Below are positions 51,727 to 60,954 of a stretch of DNA of 64,000 bases, piece by piece. Location of the stretch: the NCBI GenBank assembly GCA_965116495.1, contig OZ220696.1:2112001-2176000 (forward strand), in the 5' to 3' direction. A program made the position numbers and the translations under genes. This DNA comes from Gammaproteobacteria bacterium. Lineage in GTDB: Bacteria > Pseudomonadota > Gammaproteobacteria > Eutrophobiales > Eutrophobiaceae. The notes beneath the pieces are model-generated. The model ran no database searches. It worked only from the letters and a program-made list of their open reading frames with translations, and was not told the origin of the DNA. Position 1 is the first letter of the stretch. Each line of letters begins with the position of its first letter.

Positions 51727-51924
51727 ATGAATTTACTTGTTAATGGTGAAACAACGTCCCTGGCAAACGCGGCAACGGTTTCCGACTTGATTGCCGCACT
51801 GGAAATTGAGGGCAATGTCGCAGTGGAGATCAACAGGGAGATCGTCTCGCGCAGCACTTTCGATCACCACCAACTTGCGGACGGTGACCAAGTGGAAATC
51901 GTCACCGCAATCGGTGGAGGCTGA
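51727..51924 (+). CDS. thiS: Sulfur carrier ThiS
   Basis: [11 protein letters not shown]-terminal IGGG. Confidence 0.96.
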   Translation: MNLLVNGETTSLANAATVSDLIAALEIEGNVAVEINREIVSRSTFDHHQLADGDQVEIVTAIGGG

Positions 51925-51970
51925 GTCCGAACCTGTCACTAAACCAAATAGGTTAATACACTTTACAATC

Positions 51971-52756
51971 ATGCAAGAAGATGCGTTAATCATCGCCGGC
52001 AAGGTTTACTCGTCACGCCTGCTGGTCGGCACCGGCAAATACAAGGACCTGGAAGAAACCGGCAAAGCGATAGAGGCCAGCGGCGCTGAAATCGTCACCG
52101 TTGCTATCCGCCGCACCAATATCGGCCAGTCAAAAGACGAACCCAACCTGCTTGACTACGTCAGCCCGGAAAAATTTACCATCCTTCCAAACACCGCGGG
52201 TTGTTTCGACTCTGACTCCGCGGTGCGTACCTGCCGCCTGGCGCGTGAATTGCTTAACGGTCATGACCTGGTGAAACTGGAGGTGCTGGGCGACAAGAAA
52301 ACCCTGTTTCCGGATATCCCCCAAACCCTGGAAGCGGCGCAGATACTTGTCAGGGAAAACTTCAGGGTGATGGTTTACACCAACGATGACCCGATTATGG
52401 CGTTGCGGTTCGAACAAATGGGGTGTATTGCAGTGATGCCGCTGGCCGCTCCTATCGGTTCCGGGCTGGGTATTCGCAACCCCTACAACATAAGGACCAT
52501 CGTAGAGAACGCCAGCGTGCCTATCCTGGTGGACGCCGGTGTCGGTACGGCCTCGGATGCGTCGATCGCCATGGAACTCGGCTGTGACGGTGTATTGATG
52601 AACACGGCAATCGCTGAGGCCAAAAATCCGGTATTAATGGCATCGGCAATGAAAAAGGCCATAGAGGCGGGACGCGAGGCCTACCTGGCCGGACGCATGC
52701 CAAGACGGGCCTACGCCAGCGCGTCATCACCAATCGATGGAACCTTCTTCAGCTAA
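51971..52756 (+). CDS. thiG: Thiazole synthase
   Basis: [35 protein letters not shown]. Confidence 0.98.
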   Translation: MQEDALIIAGKVYSSRLLVGTGKYKDLEETGKAIEASGAEIVTVAIRRTNIGQSKDEPNLLDYVSPEKFTILPNTAGCFDSDSAVRTCRLARELLNGHDLVKLEVLGDKKTLFPDIPQTLEAAQILVRENFRVMVYTNDDPIMALRFEQMGCIAVMPLAAPIGSGLGIRNPYNIRTIVENASVPILVDAGVGTASDASIAMELGCDGVLMNTAIAEAKNPVLMASAMKKAIEAGREAYLAGRMPRRAYASASSPIDGTFFS

Positions 52757-52757
52757 C

Positions 52758-52918
52758 TAATTTGGGACACCCATAAATTGGGGGCGGAATTAATTTGGGA
52801 CAGCCATAAATTGGGAAGCGCTAACTTCCCGTGCGCGCAAGAAAGTATTACTTTTGCGTGCCCATTTATGGGTGTCCCAAATTGCGTTTACGTGCCAATT
52901 TGTGGGTGTCCCAAATTA
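52758..52918. repeat. Nested palindrome of TAATTTGGGACACCCATAAATTGG units
   Basis: Direct copies 52758-52781 and 52791-52814; inverted copies 52862-52883 and 52895-52918; lone variant at 58536-58559. Confidence 0.88.
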
Positions 52919-52950
52919 CGCTGAATTACGCGGTAAACAATGGGCGGGAA

Positions 52951-53625
52951 ATGCGGGTTAAGAGTTATGTATTGAGACAGGGCCGGCTCACCAAAGCGCA
53001 GGCGAACGCAATAGAGCTACACTGGGCTGAATTCGGCATTGATTACCGGGATGAGCTGCTGGACCTGGATGCGCTGTTTAACCGTGTTGCGCCCCGGGTA
53101 CTGGATATAGGTACCGGCATGGGTGAGACGACGCTCAAGCTGGCGCAGGAGCATCCCGAAAACGATTACCTGGCCGTTGAAGTGCACCGTCCCGGTATCG
53201 GACGCCTGTTATACGGCATAGCCGAATACGGGCTTACTAATGTCCGTGTCATCAACCATGACGCAGTCGACGTCGTCAATTGGCAGATACCTGAAGAGTC
53301 AATGACGTCCATCTACATCAATTTCCCCGACCCATGGCCCAAGAAACGCCACCACAAGCGCCGTCTCGTGCAACCCGGTTTTATCAACAGGCTCACAAGC
53401 CGCATGAAACTCGAGGGGCAATTATACCTTGCCACCGATTCCCGGAATTTGGCAGAATACATGCTGGCCGTATGTGACGCCGAAACCGGCCTGATCAACC
53501 TGGCAGGTTTCGGCAACTTTAGCCCGCGGCCTCTGTGGCGACCCCTGACAAAGTTCGAACAGCGGGGATTGGACTTAAACAACCAGGGTTGGGAAATGAT
53601 TTATTGCCGGCGCCTTGAACAATAA
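52951..53625 (+). CDS. trmB: tRNA m7G46 methyltransferase
   Basis: SYVLRQGR, DIGTGMG, EVHRPG, FPDPWPKKRHHKRR, LATD, TKFEQRG. Confidence 0.96.
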   Translation: MRVKSYVLRQGRLTKAQANAIELHWAEFGIDYRDELLDLDALFNRVAPRVLDIGTGMGETTLKLAQEHPENDYLAVEVHRPGIGRLLYGIAEYGLTNVRVINHDAVDVVNWQIPEESMTSIYINFPDPWPKKRHHKRRLVQPGFINRLTSRMKLEGQLYLATDSRNLAEYMLAVCDAETGLINLAGFGNFSPRPLWRPLTKFEQRGLDLNNQGWEMIYCRRLEQ

Positions 53626-53643
53626 TAATCACAAACCATCAAC

Positions 53644-54432
53644 ATGTCAGAGTTAACCGAAGCGGCAACGGCAATCACACAGGAAGCGGCGGAAAAAATC
53701 CTGGCAGTCTATGCGACTGACTTCGAGGTTCGGAATAAAACCGACAGATCCCCCCTCACCAGGGCGGACATGGCCTCCCATGACGTGATCTGCAGCAGGC
53801 TCGCGCGGCTGACTCCGGATATACCGGTGTTGTCCGAGGAATCTGCACATATCCCTTTCTCTACCAGGAAGACCTGGGATCAATACTGGCTGGTGGACCC
53901 CCTTGACGGTACCCGCGAGTTCATTAAACGTAACGGCGAGTTCACCGTGAATATCGCCCTGATCCGGGATAATTATCCTGTCCTGGGCGTCATATATGCA
54001 CCGGTCAAGGGCCTTTGTTATTACGCAGCCAGAAACGAGGGCGCCTACAGGCTGGGCAACGGCGCTGCGGACCTCAGACTCAGGACAAAGACCAGCCGGG
54101 CCGACTCCCTGGTCATCGCCGGCAGCCGTTCCCACGGCAACGACCGCCAGCAGGCATTCATCAGGAAGATGGGAGACCGGGTTGAAACCATAGCAATCGG
54201 CAGTTCGCTGAAATTCTGCCTGGTGGCCGATGGAAGCGCCGACATATACGCACGCTTCGGCCCCACCTCGGAATGGGACAGCGCCGCCGGCCAGTGCATC
54301 GTCGAGGAGGCGGGCGGCAGGGTGACGGACACCGGTTTCAGCCGCCTGCGCTACAATGCAAAGGACTCCTTGATCAACCCGGATTTCGTAGTGTTTGCTG
54401 ACCCGGGGTTCGGCTGGGAACGACGTTTGTGA
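53644..54432 (+). CDS. cysQ: 3'(2'),5'-bisphosphate nucleotidase
   Basis: SPLTRAD, WLVDPLDGTREF, GEFTVNIAL, SRSH, GSSLKFC, EWDSAAG. Confidence 0.96.
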   Translation: MSELTEAATAITQEAAEKILAVYATDFEVRNKTDRSPLTRADMASHDVICSRLARLTPDIPVLSEESAHIPFSTRKTWDQYWLVDPLDGTREFIKRNGEFTVNIALIRDNYPVLGVIYAPVKGLCYYAARNEGAYRLGNGAADLRLRTKTSRADSLVIAGSRSHGNDRQQAFIRKMGDRVETIAIGSSLKFCLVADGSADIYARFGPTSEWDSAAGQCIVEEAGGRVTDTGFSRLRYNAKDSLINPDFVVFADPGFGWERRL

Positions 54433-54448
54433 ACATGCATCAAGTAAT

Positions 54449-54892
54449 GTGAAAACGGCGCTCATCATATCGGCCTGCCTGGCTGCCGGGCTCGGAGGTT
54501 TCCTGGCCGGTGATTACCTCGGCCTGTGGAAGCGTACTCAAGTCAGCCGGCTGGAGATCATTCCCATCCGCTTCCAGGCCGTCGACGCCGTCACTGGTGA
54601 GTCCGTCGAAAATTTCCACGTACGGTGCAGCGCCCCGGGCAGCTTTAACCTGTGCCTGCCGGTCGCCGGCGCCGGCACAGCGGGCGTGAAGACCTACAGG
54701 ATCGCCGGGCGGCGTAACTTTGAGACCGGCCTGCTATTCAACCACGACAGGGGACTGGTCCAGGAAGGACCCGAATCCATACAGATATGGGTTATCCACC
54801 CGAACTACCGAACCCACAGCCAGGCATCAAGCTATGCGGAACTGGTATCAGTGGGCAGCGGCACGAAGAAAATCATTATGACCCGAAGGTGA
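54449..54892 (+). CDS. Hypothetical membrane-anchored or exported protein
   Basis: Hydrophobic N-terminus, VDAVTGE.V and HPNY motifs suggest a beta-sandwich; start uncertain. Confidence 0.55.
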   Translation: MKTALIISACLAAGLGGFLAGDYLGLWKRTQVSRLEIIPIRFQAVDAVTGESVENFHVRCSAPGSFNLCLPVAGAGTAGVKTYRIAGRRNFETGLLFNHDRGLVQEGPESIQIWVIHPNYRTHSQASSYAELVSVGSGTKKIIMTRR

Positions 54893-54925
54893 TGCAGGAA
54901 AACAGGTGACTCACCGGCGTTGTGA

Positions 54926-55145
54926 ACTAAATAACTGTTCCTAACCCTCGTTCACTTTCAAGGATGAACAGAGATGACATTCAATGCCAGGCGCAGGCTT
55001 TGGCGTCATACTGGCGGATGCCAGTATCCAGAGAGCTTATTATGAACGCACTGCTTAACTGGATGCTGGCATTCGCCAGCATGACGGATTGTCGTTTTTT
55101 TTGTTCATAACGAAACTGTAGCAGGGTTAGGAACAGTTATTTAGT
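54926..55145. mobile_element. MITE-like element with perfect 23-bp TIRs carrying a CGTC-REP pair
   Basis: ACTAAATAACTGTTCCTAACCCT (54926-54948) and AGGGTTAGGAACAGTTATTTAGT (55123-55145); inner CGTCATACTGGC..GCCAGTATCCAG (55004-55031) and its inverted partner (55058-55086). Confidence 0.82.
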
Positions 55146-55216
55146 CAGGAAAGCCGGTGGGTGTTGGTCTACAATGTAAGTTCATAGTAACAGCCACTAC
55201 TTATGGGGGCGGATCA

Positions 55217-55627
55217 ATGAGCACAAATCATGGGCGTTGCGATTGCGGAGACATCGAGTATGAATTTGATGATGAGCCCGTAAATACCGTCTTCTGTTAT
55301 TGCAGAACTTGCCAGTTACATACGAATTCCGACAAGTGGTTCGGTGTATGGGTGCCGTTCGACAGGTTCAGATTGGTAAAGGGCGCCCCGTCAAGCTTCA
55401 CGGCGCTGGGCGATTCAGGGAGTGAGACACACCGTCTGTTTTGTGGTAGTTGCTCGACAGTTCTAGGTCTCAAGTGTGACGGTTTTGACTTATACTCGTT
55501 ATCGGCCAGCACGATTGGCGGTGGAGACAGGTTAAGGCCGAAAATGCTCATCTACACCAAATTTGCTCCCGCCTGGGCCACTTTCCCTGAAGGATTACCA
55601 AAATACGATATCCTTCCTCCAGGTTAA
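55217..55627 (+). CDS. GFA (CENP-V) family Zn-binding protein
   Basis: GRCDCG, CYCRTCQ, RLFCGSCS. Confidence 0.9.
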   Translation: MSTNHGRCDCGDIEYEFDDEPVNTVFCYCRTCQLHTNSDKWFGVWVPFDRFRLVKGAPSSFTALGDSGSETHRLFCGSCSTVLGLKCDGFDLYSLSASTIGGGDRLRPKMLIYTKFAPAWATFPEGLPKYDILPPG

Positions 55628-55633
55628 CCCGGG

Positions 55634-55930
55634 CTAGAAATCCCCCCGGAGCATCAGAATACCTGTCAGGTAATTTTCGAAGTCGTCTGCAATTGCGTGT
55701 TGATAGGTAACCATGGGTGTCAGGGTGAAGCGGCCTGCCGGTACTGTCATCGACAGGCTCAGGTCGAAATGGCTTATGTTGGATCCGATACGATAGTAAT
55801 TATCGTTGTATACGATATTACCTGAACCTGTGAAACTAACTGCGCTGAACAGCTGCTCTACTGTCTGGGCGTTGACTGCACTCATGACAGCCAGCAGACC
55901 GGCTGACATCAACAATCCGCGTGGTTGCAC
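55634..55930 (-). pseudogene. Probable internally deleted outer-membrane beta-barrel gene
   Basis: Signal peptide joined to about four amphipathic beta-strands ending in Phe; too short for a barrel. Confidence 0.45.
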
Positions 55931-55954
55931 GGTTACTCCATCACATGGAAATTC

Positions 55955-57469
55955 CTACATAGTCTTCCAGTCACCAATCCTTTCAAATGCAGCCGCGGCT
56001 GTTAACACGGTGGCTTCGTCGAAATGCCGTCCCACCAGCATCATGCCCACCGGCAAACCATCGGCCATGCCGCAGGGCACATTCATGGCCGGATGATGGG
56101 TGACATCTGTCGGGCAGGTGTTGCCCAACATCTCGAAAGCCCTGCCAATGTACTCAATTGGCGCAGCATCGGCCGACCCAAGCGGTTGCGCCCGCATGGC
56201 GGTGGTAGGCATGACGATGAGATCGACATCAGCCAGCGCCTCATCGTATTTGGCGCGCAGTACATTCCCCAGGTTCTGGGCCCTGGCATAGTAGACGCCG
56301 GGTTGCTGTCTTAGTATGTATTCACCGGCCAGCATGACTAACTTGGTGGTTTTGGATAATTCATCCACCCGCTCACGCCATTGCCTGCCGTAGTACTCCG
56401 CCAGGCTCGACAGGTAGTGGCCGTTCCAGCTGGTGCCCTGCGATCCGGCTTTCATCATCAGGGTGGCGCCTTCAAAACCGATGCCGTTCCAGATATGCGG
56501 CCCATCCAGGTGCATGGGGATGGATATCTCCTGTGTAATGGCGCCTAGCGCTTCAAGTTTCGCTACGGCTTCACACACTTTGGCATCGACGACGGCCTCA
56601 CTTTCCGGCCGCGCGAAACCTTCTTTCAACACGCCGACCCTGAGACCTTCCATTCCCCGATCAAGGGCCGCCGTGTAATCCTGCTTCACCACGTTTACCT
56701 GGCGCGGATCATGACCGTCTTCTCCTGCGATCACGGAAAGCAGCAATGCAACATCCTCGACCGTGCCTGCCATCGGGCCGCAGTGATCCAGTGTCAATTC
56801 GATCGGGAAGACACCGGTATAGGGGACCAGGCCATGGGTAGGTTTGAGGCCGTAAACACCCGTCCAGGATGCCGGCATACGTATGGAACCCCCCTGGTCG
56901 CCGCCGAGCGCCATGTCCACCGCACCGATAGATACCAGGACAGCACTGCCACTGGATGATCCGCCGGCTGCACGTTGCGGGTCATGGGGATTGGTTACGG
57001 GATGAGGCATAGAAGTAAAACTGGACCCGGACAGGCAAAGATCCTCACAGGTTGCCTTGCCCAGGATGGTACCGCCCGCATCGAGAATACGGGTAACGAC
57101 TGTGGCATCATTGTCAGGTATGTAGCCTTCCACGGAGCGGGAACCATTCATCATCGGCACACCCGCAATACAAACGTTGTCTTTAATCGCAATTGATTTT
57201 CCTTGCAACGGCCCTTCTGCCGAACCCTCGATCGTGGTCTTCCAATACCAGGCGTTGTGCGGGTTGTCCTGCGGGTCGGCTGCATGGCCCTTGTCCCGTT
57301 TATAATCGCTGACCAATACAGGCGCTTCCAGTTCATCGATCCTGTCGAAGGAAGCCAAAGTCTCTGTCAATAATTGTTGATACTCTCCCAACTCCGAATC
57401 ACTGATGCTCATCCCATAGGATTCAGCTATATCAACCATGTCTTGTTTACTGGGTCGTTTAACGGTCAT
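55955..57469 (-). CDS. Amidase signature family enzyme
   Basis: IAIKDN, AGGSSSGS, GGDQGGSIRMPAS (Ser-cisSer-Lys triad). Confidence 0.95.
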   Translation of the reverse strand: MTVKRPSKQDMVDIAESYGMSISDSELGEYQQLLTETLASFDRIDELEAPVLVSDYKRDKGHAADPQDNPHNAWYWKTTIEGSAEGPLQGKSIAIKDNVCIAGVPMMNGSRSVEGYIPDNDATVVTRILDAGGTILGKATCEDLCLSGSSFTSMPHPVTNPHDPQRAAGGSSSGSAVLVSIGAVDMALGGDQGGSIRMPASWTGVYGLKPTHGLVPYTGVFPIELTLDHCGPMAGTVEDVALLLSVIAGEDGHDPRQVNVVKQDYTAALDRGMEGLRVGVLKEGFARPESEAVVDAKVCEAVAKLEALGAITQEISIPMHLDGPHIWNGIGFEGATLMMKAGSQGTSWNGHYLSSLAEYYGRQWRERVDELSKTTKLVMLAGEYILRQQPGVYYARAQNLGNVLRAKYDEALADVDLIVMPTTAMRAQPLGSADAAPIEYIGRAFEMLGNTCPTDVTHHPAMNVPCGMADGLPVGMMLVGRHFDEATVLTAAAAFERIGDWKTM

Positions 57470-57575
57470 GTTTGCACCTGATGTTATTTCGTGAATTGTT
57501 TCATGTTGTAATAGTGGTGACGCAACACATCAATATCGAAACCCCAGTCTTCAATTCTGTCCAGGTTATTATAGA

Positions 57576-58331
57576 TCATTGCGCGTCACGCCCCTTGAAA
57601 GGCACAAACTGTGCCCCTCCATAGGTTTGCTCCGTAGGCACTATCTCCATCTGACTGACATTCACCCGCCAGGGTACGTCTACGCAGTAGACGACTGCAT
57701 CGGCGATGTCTGTTGCGAGCAAGTCTTCGCAGTGGGTCTCGGTGATTTTTTGCCGTTGTTCGTCGTCGTCGACCGCCACGTTGTAGAACTCGCTCACCAC
57801 CCTCCCGGGGTTGATCTCGGTGACACGTATGCCGGTACCCTGCAACTCCTGGCGCAGGTCGCGACATAACTTGTGCATAGCCCCTTTAGTGGCGCCATAC
57901 AGGGCCATCGGCAACGGGTATAACGCCGTTACCGAACTCATGTTCACGATATGTCCCCGGCCCCGTTCAATCATGCCCGGTAAAACCGCCTTGATCATGA
58001 TGAGGGATGCAGTGACGTTGGTGTCCACTGTGATTTCGATGTCCTCGACCTCGGCTTTCCACATTGAACCGAGCGCGCGGCCAAGACCTGCGTTATTCAC
58101 CAGGATATCGACCGGTTGTTCCTTACCGAAGGCCATAACGGCCGCACGATCACGTACGTCGAGTTGTACGGGTATGCAGCCGGTGTCCCCGGCCAGCTTC
58201 TGAAGTCGATCAAGTCTTCGTGCTGCGGCAAACACCGTGACACCTCTGGCTCGAAGTGCACGCGCGGTGGCTTCACCGATCCCGCTCGAGGCCCCCGTTA
58301 CCAGTGCCTTTGTATTCCGGTCAAGTGGCAT
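57576..58331 (-). CDS. Short-chain dehydrogenase/reductase (YdfG-like)
   Basis: VTGASSGIG, NNAG, YGATK, RVTEINPG. Confidence 0.93.
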   Translation of the reverse strand: MPLDRNTKALVTGASSGIGEATARALRARGVTVFAAARRLDRLQKLAGDTGCIPVQLDVRDRAAVMAFGKEQPVDILVNNAGLGRALGSMWKAEVEDIEITVDTNVTASLIMIKAVLPGMIERGRGHIVNMSSVTALYPLPMALYGATKGAMHKLCRDLRQELQGTGIRVTEINPGRVVSEFYNVAVDDDEQRQKITETHCEDLLATDIADAVVYCVDVPWRVNVSQMEIVPTEQTYGGAQFVPFKGRDAQ

Positions 58332-58577
58332 GATTCATACTCCATATACATAGTATCTGTTTTTCAACATCTCTGTTTGTGCCTGTCACTGCCAAGAAAT
58401 TTACGGAATATCATTAACCAACCCATATTGTTTTATCCTCTTTTTGGAATACGGCGCAGCAAGTTTTCCGGGTAACGTAGTTTCATTATACGACCATTTC
58501 ATCTACAACAGATGTTAAGTCAGGATTATCGGTACTAATTTTGGACACCCATGAATTGGCGATAGCAGCTAATTCAG

Positions 58578-58618
58578 TATGTGACCATTTTATTGATTGT
58601 CGAAAAAATGGTCACATA
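58578..58618. promoter_or_regulatory. 14-bp inverted repeat in the divergent SDR/LLM intergenic region
   Basis: TATGTGACCATTTT-N13-AAAATGGTCACATA; could be an operator or a repeat relic. Confidence 0.45.
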
Positions 58619-58728
58619 TTTGTAGCCGCTGAAAGAAGTCATCGATGTAAACCTGACCGATTGCATCTACAATTGACTCAAGCCGAAAACCTCTAGTACT
58701 CTTTCAACTATAAGGGCTAAATTGACGG

Positions 58729-59730
58729 ATGAATACAAAAATCAGCATGATGACCCCCGGCACATATCCTATGCGGGATTACGTTCCGCTGGCACAACAA
58801 ATCGAGAATTATGGTTTTGATGAGCTACATGTAGCCGATGATTTGATCATGAAACCAGCCTGGCCAATCCTGACTCTGATAGGCCAGCACACAAATCGTA
58901 TCAATTTGGGTCCTGCTATCGTTACCCCGATGATCGCCCATCCGGTTTACCATGCGGCGAATCTGGTCGCCCTGGATGAACTTACTGGTGGCCGCGCTAT
59001 TTGTGGTGTAGGGAGAGGAGGTCTAAATCCTATGGTTGGCCTGAAAAAACCCAAAAGCACCATCAATATGTTACGCGAGACAGTACAGTTAATGCGTAAG
59101 GTAATCGCACGGGATACCAGCCCTTTTGCAGGTGAGTATTTCCACGCAACTCCTGAACTGCTATTTCATCATGAACCGGTACGTGACGATATTCCGATAT
59201 TTATCGGAAGCTGGGGGCCGAAGGTGTCCCAGTTGGGCGGTGAAGTGGCGATTGGGACGAAAGCGGATTGTGTCGCCGATCCTGCTTATCTAAGGAAGCT
59301 TCGGGATAATGTCAGAATCGGTGCAGAGCGTGCCGGCAGAGACCCGGACGAGACAGAAATGATTGTGGGACCTCTATGTTCAATATCAACGGATCGTGCC
59401 GCCGCCACCAGAAACATGAAAGAATTGCTTGCCATTTATCTACCCTTCCTCAGCCCAACGAAAGAGGAAGTAGGCATTGATGAAGAAGCGATTAAAAAGG
59501 CCAATGCGGCGTATCTTGCCGGCGAACACGAGAAGGCGGCATCTTTTGTTCCTGATGAAGCGGTAAAGAGTTTCTCTCTCACAGGTACACCGGAAGACGT
59601 CATTCCGCAGATAGAAGCACTAATCGAGGCGGGCGCCACAAATGTTGCTTTCGGTCCGCCTCACGGTCCCGATGCGATGGAAGCGATTAAACTTCTCGGA
59701 GAAGAGGTCTTGCCCAATATTCAAAGATAA
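58729..59730 (+). CDS. LLM class flavin-dependent oxidoreductase (Mer-like)
   Basis: GFDELHVAD, TNRINLGPAI, LDELTGGRAICGVGRG, PIFIGSWGPK, GTPEDV. Confidence 0.88.
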   Translation: MNTKISMMTPGTYPMRDYVPLAQQIENYGFDELHVADDLIMKPAWPILTLIGQHTNRINLGPAIVTPMIAHPVYHAANLVALDELTGGRAICGVGRGGLNPMVGLKKPKSTINMLRETVQLMRKVIARDTSPFAGEYFHATPELLFHHEPVRDDIPIFIGSWGPKVSQLGGEVAIGTKADCVADPAYLRKLRDNVRIGAERAGRDPDETEMIVGPLCSISTDRAAATRNMKELLAIYLPFLSPTKEEVGIDEEAIKKANAAYLAGEHEKAASFVPDEAVKSFSLTGTPEDVIPQIEALIEAGATNVAFGPPHGPDAMEAIKLLGEEVLPNIQR

Positions 59731-59764
59731 ACGACGATATGAGGCATTTACAGGAGGATTAATC

Positions 59765-60196
59765 ATGACCAACGATAACGAAAAACTACTCGCCGAGTAC
59801 CCGGCTGCCTGGTCAGCTCATGACATAGAAAAAATCCAGACATTTTTTACTGACGATTGTGTTTACTCTGATCCGACCCTGGGTGTAGAAAAACATGGTA
59901 AAGCGGGCTTGCTGGAATTTATAGGGGAGGTACTGAGCATGCAACCTGATTTTCATCTTGAGTATTCAGAATATTTCGCGACCGAAACCCATGGTGCTTC
60001 AGTATGGACCATTACCAATACCTGGAATGGAGAATTTCATGGCGTTGATGTGACAGGTAAAAAGGTCAGCTTTACCGGTACCACTATATTTGAATTCAAA
60101 AACGGAAAAATCAGCAAAAATACAGATTACTGGGATCTCTCCCCATTGATGTTGCAACTGGGAGTGTTAAAAACTGAGCTTAGAGCTTGCAAGTAA
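59765..60196 (+). CDS. SnoaL/NTF2-like ester cyclase family protein
   Basis: AWSAHD, FTDDCVYSD, TGKKVSFTG, KNGKI..NTDYWD; AGGAGG RBS. Confidence 0.88.
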   Translation: MTNDNEKLLAEYPAAWSAHDIEKIQTFFTDDCVYSDPTLGVEKHGKAGLLEFIGEVLSMQPDFHLEYSEYFATETHGASVWTITNTWNGEFHGVDVTGKKVSFTGTTIFEFKNGKISKNTDYWDLSPLMLQLGVLKTELRACK

Positions 60197-60258
60197 CCTG
60201 TATTATTTTTCGCTGACAAGCGGATTTTTCGCTTGACCAAATATTGAGGAGCAACTGT

Positions 60259-60954
60259 GTGAAAATAACATTACCCCTGCTTCTTTTATTACTGGGTTTG
60301 CAATCATTTGTTTATGCAGAATCCGGCAATACCAGGATCTTATCCGGTTTATGGGAATATGAGGAGATTTCACACAGTGGTGATGCGGCGTTGCCTAACA
60401 AGGGATTATTCTTATTTTACGATGGGCGATTTTTTCAACAAACGATCGATGATGATATGGGACAAGCCCATACGGGCAGCTACAAAATAGTTGGTGATAT
60501 TGTTTCCTTTGATGTTGAGATGGGCGTATTGGTCAGGGAAAACTCCGAACCCCCACTGGCTGTAAGGCAGAACGCTGAAAACCAGGCAAAAATCAGTGTC
60601 AAAGGTGACCTGCTCATCCTGGGGTTTGAAGAAAACACCGTACAAACTTTGACAAAGCTTGCTCACGTGGAAAATGCAAAAATATATCCCCTGATCGGTG
60701 GATACTTGGTGTTTACGGACAACAATTTTATCTATATGAGTCTGCAAGACGATAATTTTGCAGCTGGTTCAGGTAAATATTTGAAGGCAGGCAATAGTTT
60801 GTCCTTATATGCAAATCCCTGGATATCCGTATCGGGCAGACGGGTAACTTATTCTCACAATGAAGATATTAATTTGAATTTGGAACAGAAAGTTTTTCGT
60901 TTCTCTGACGGGAGAAAATTCGACCTGAATGTGTCAGCAGGAGAGGCCGAATAG
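60259..60954 (+). CDS. Secreted hypothetical protein with tandem lipocalin-like repeats
   Basis: Signal peptide ending VYA-E; LSGLW motif; two similar GxxxFxDxxF...GxY..xGxxxSx segments. Confidence 0.6.
   Translation: MKITLPLLLLLLGLQSFVYAESGNTRILSGLWEYEEISHSGDAALPNKGLFLFYDGRFFQQTIDDDMGQAHTGSYKIVGDIVSFDVEMGVLVRENSEPPLAVRQNAENQAKISVKGDLLILGFEENTVQTLTKLAHVENAKIYPLIGGYLVFTDNNFIYMSLQDDNFAAGSGKYLKAGNSLSLYANPWISVSGRRVTYSHNEDINLNLEQKVFRFSDGRKFDLNVSAGEAE

Noticed and set aside
52758-52918. Possible mini-CRISPR
   Set aside because: Only two direct copies 9 bp apart, followed by inverted copies; this is a palindrome.
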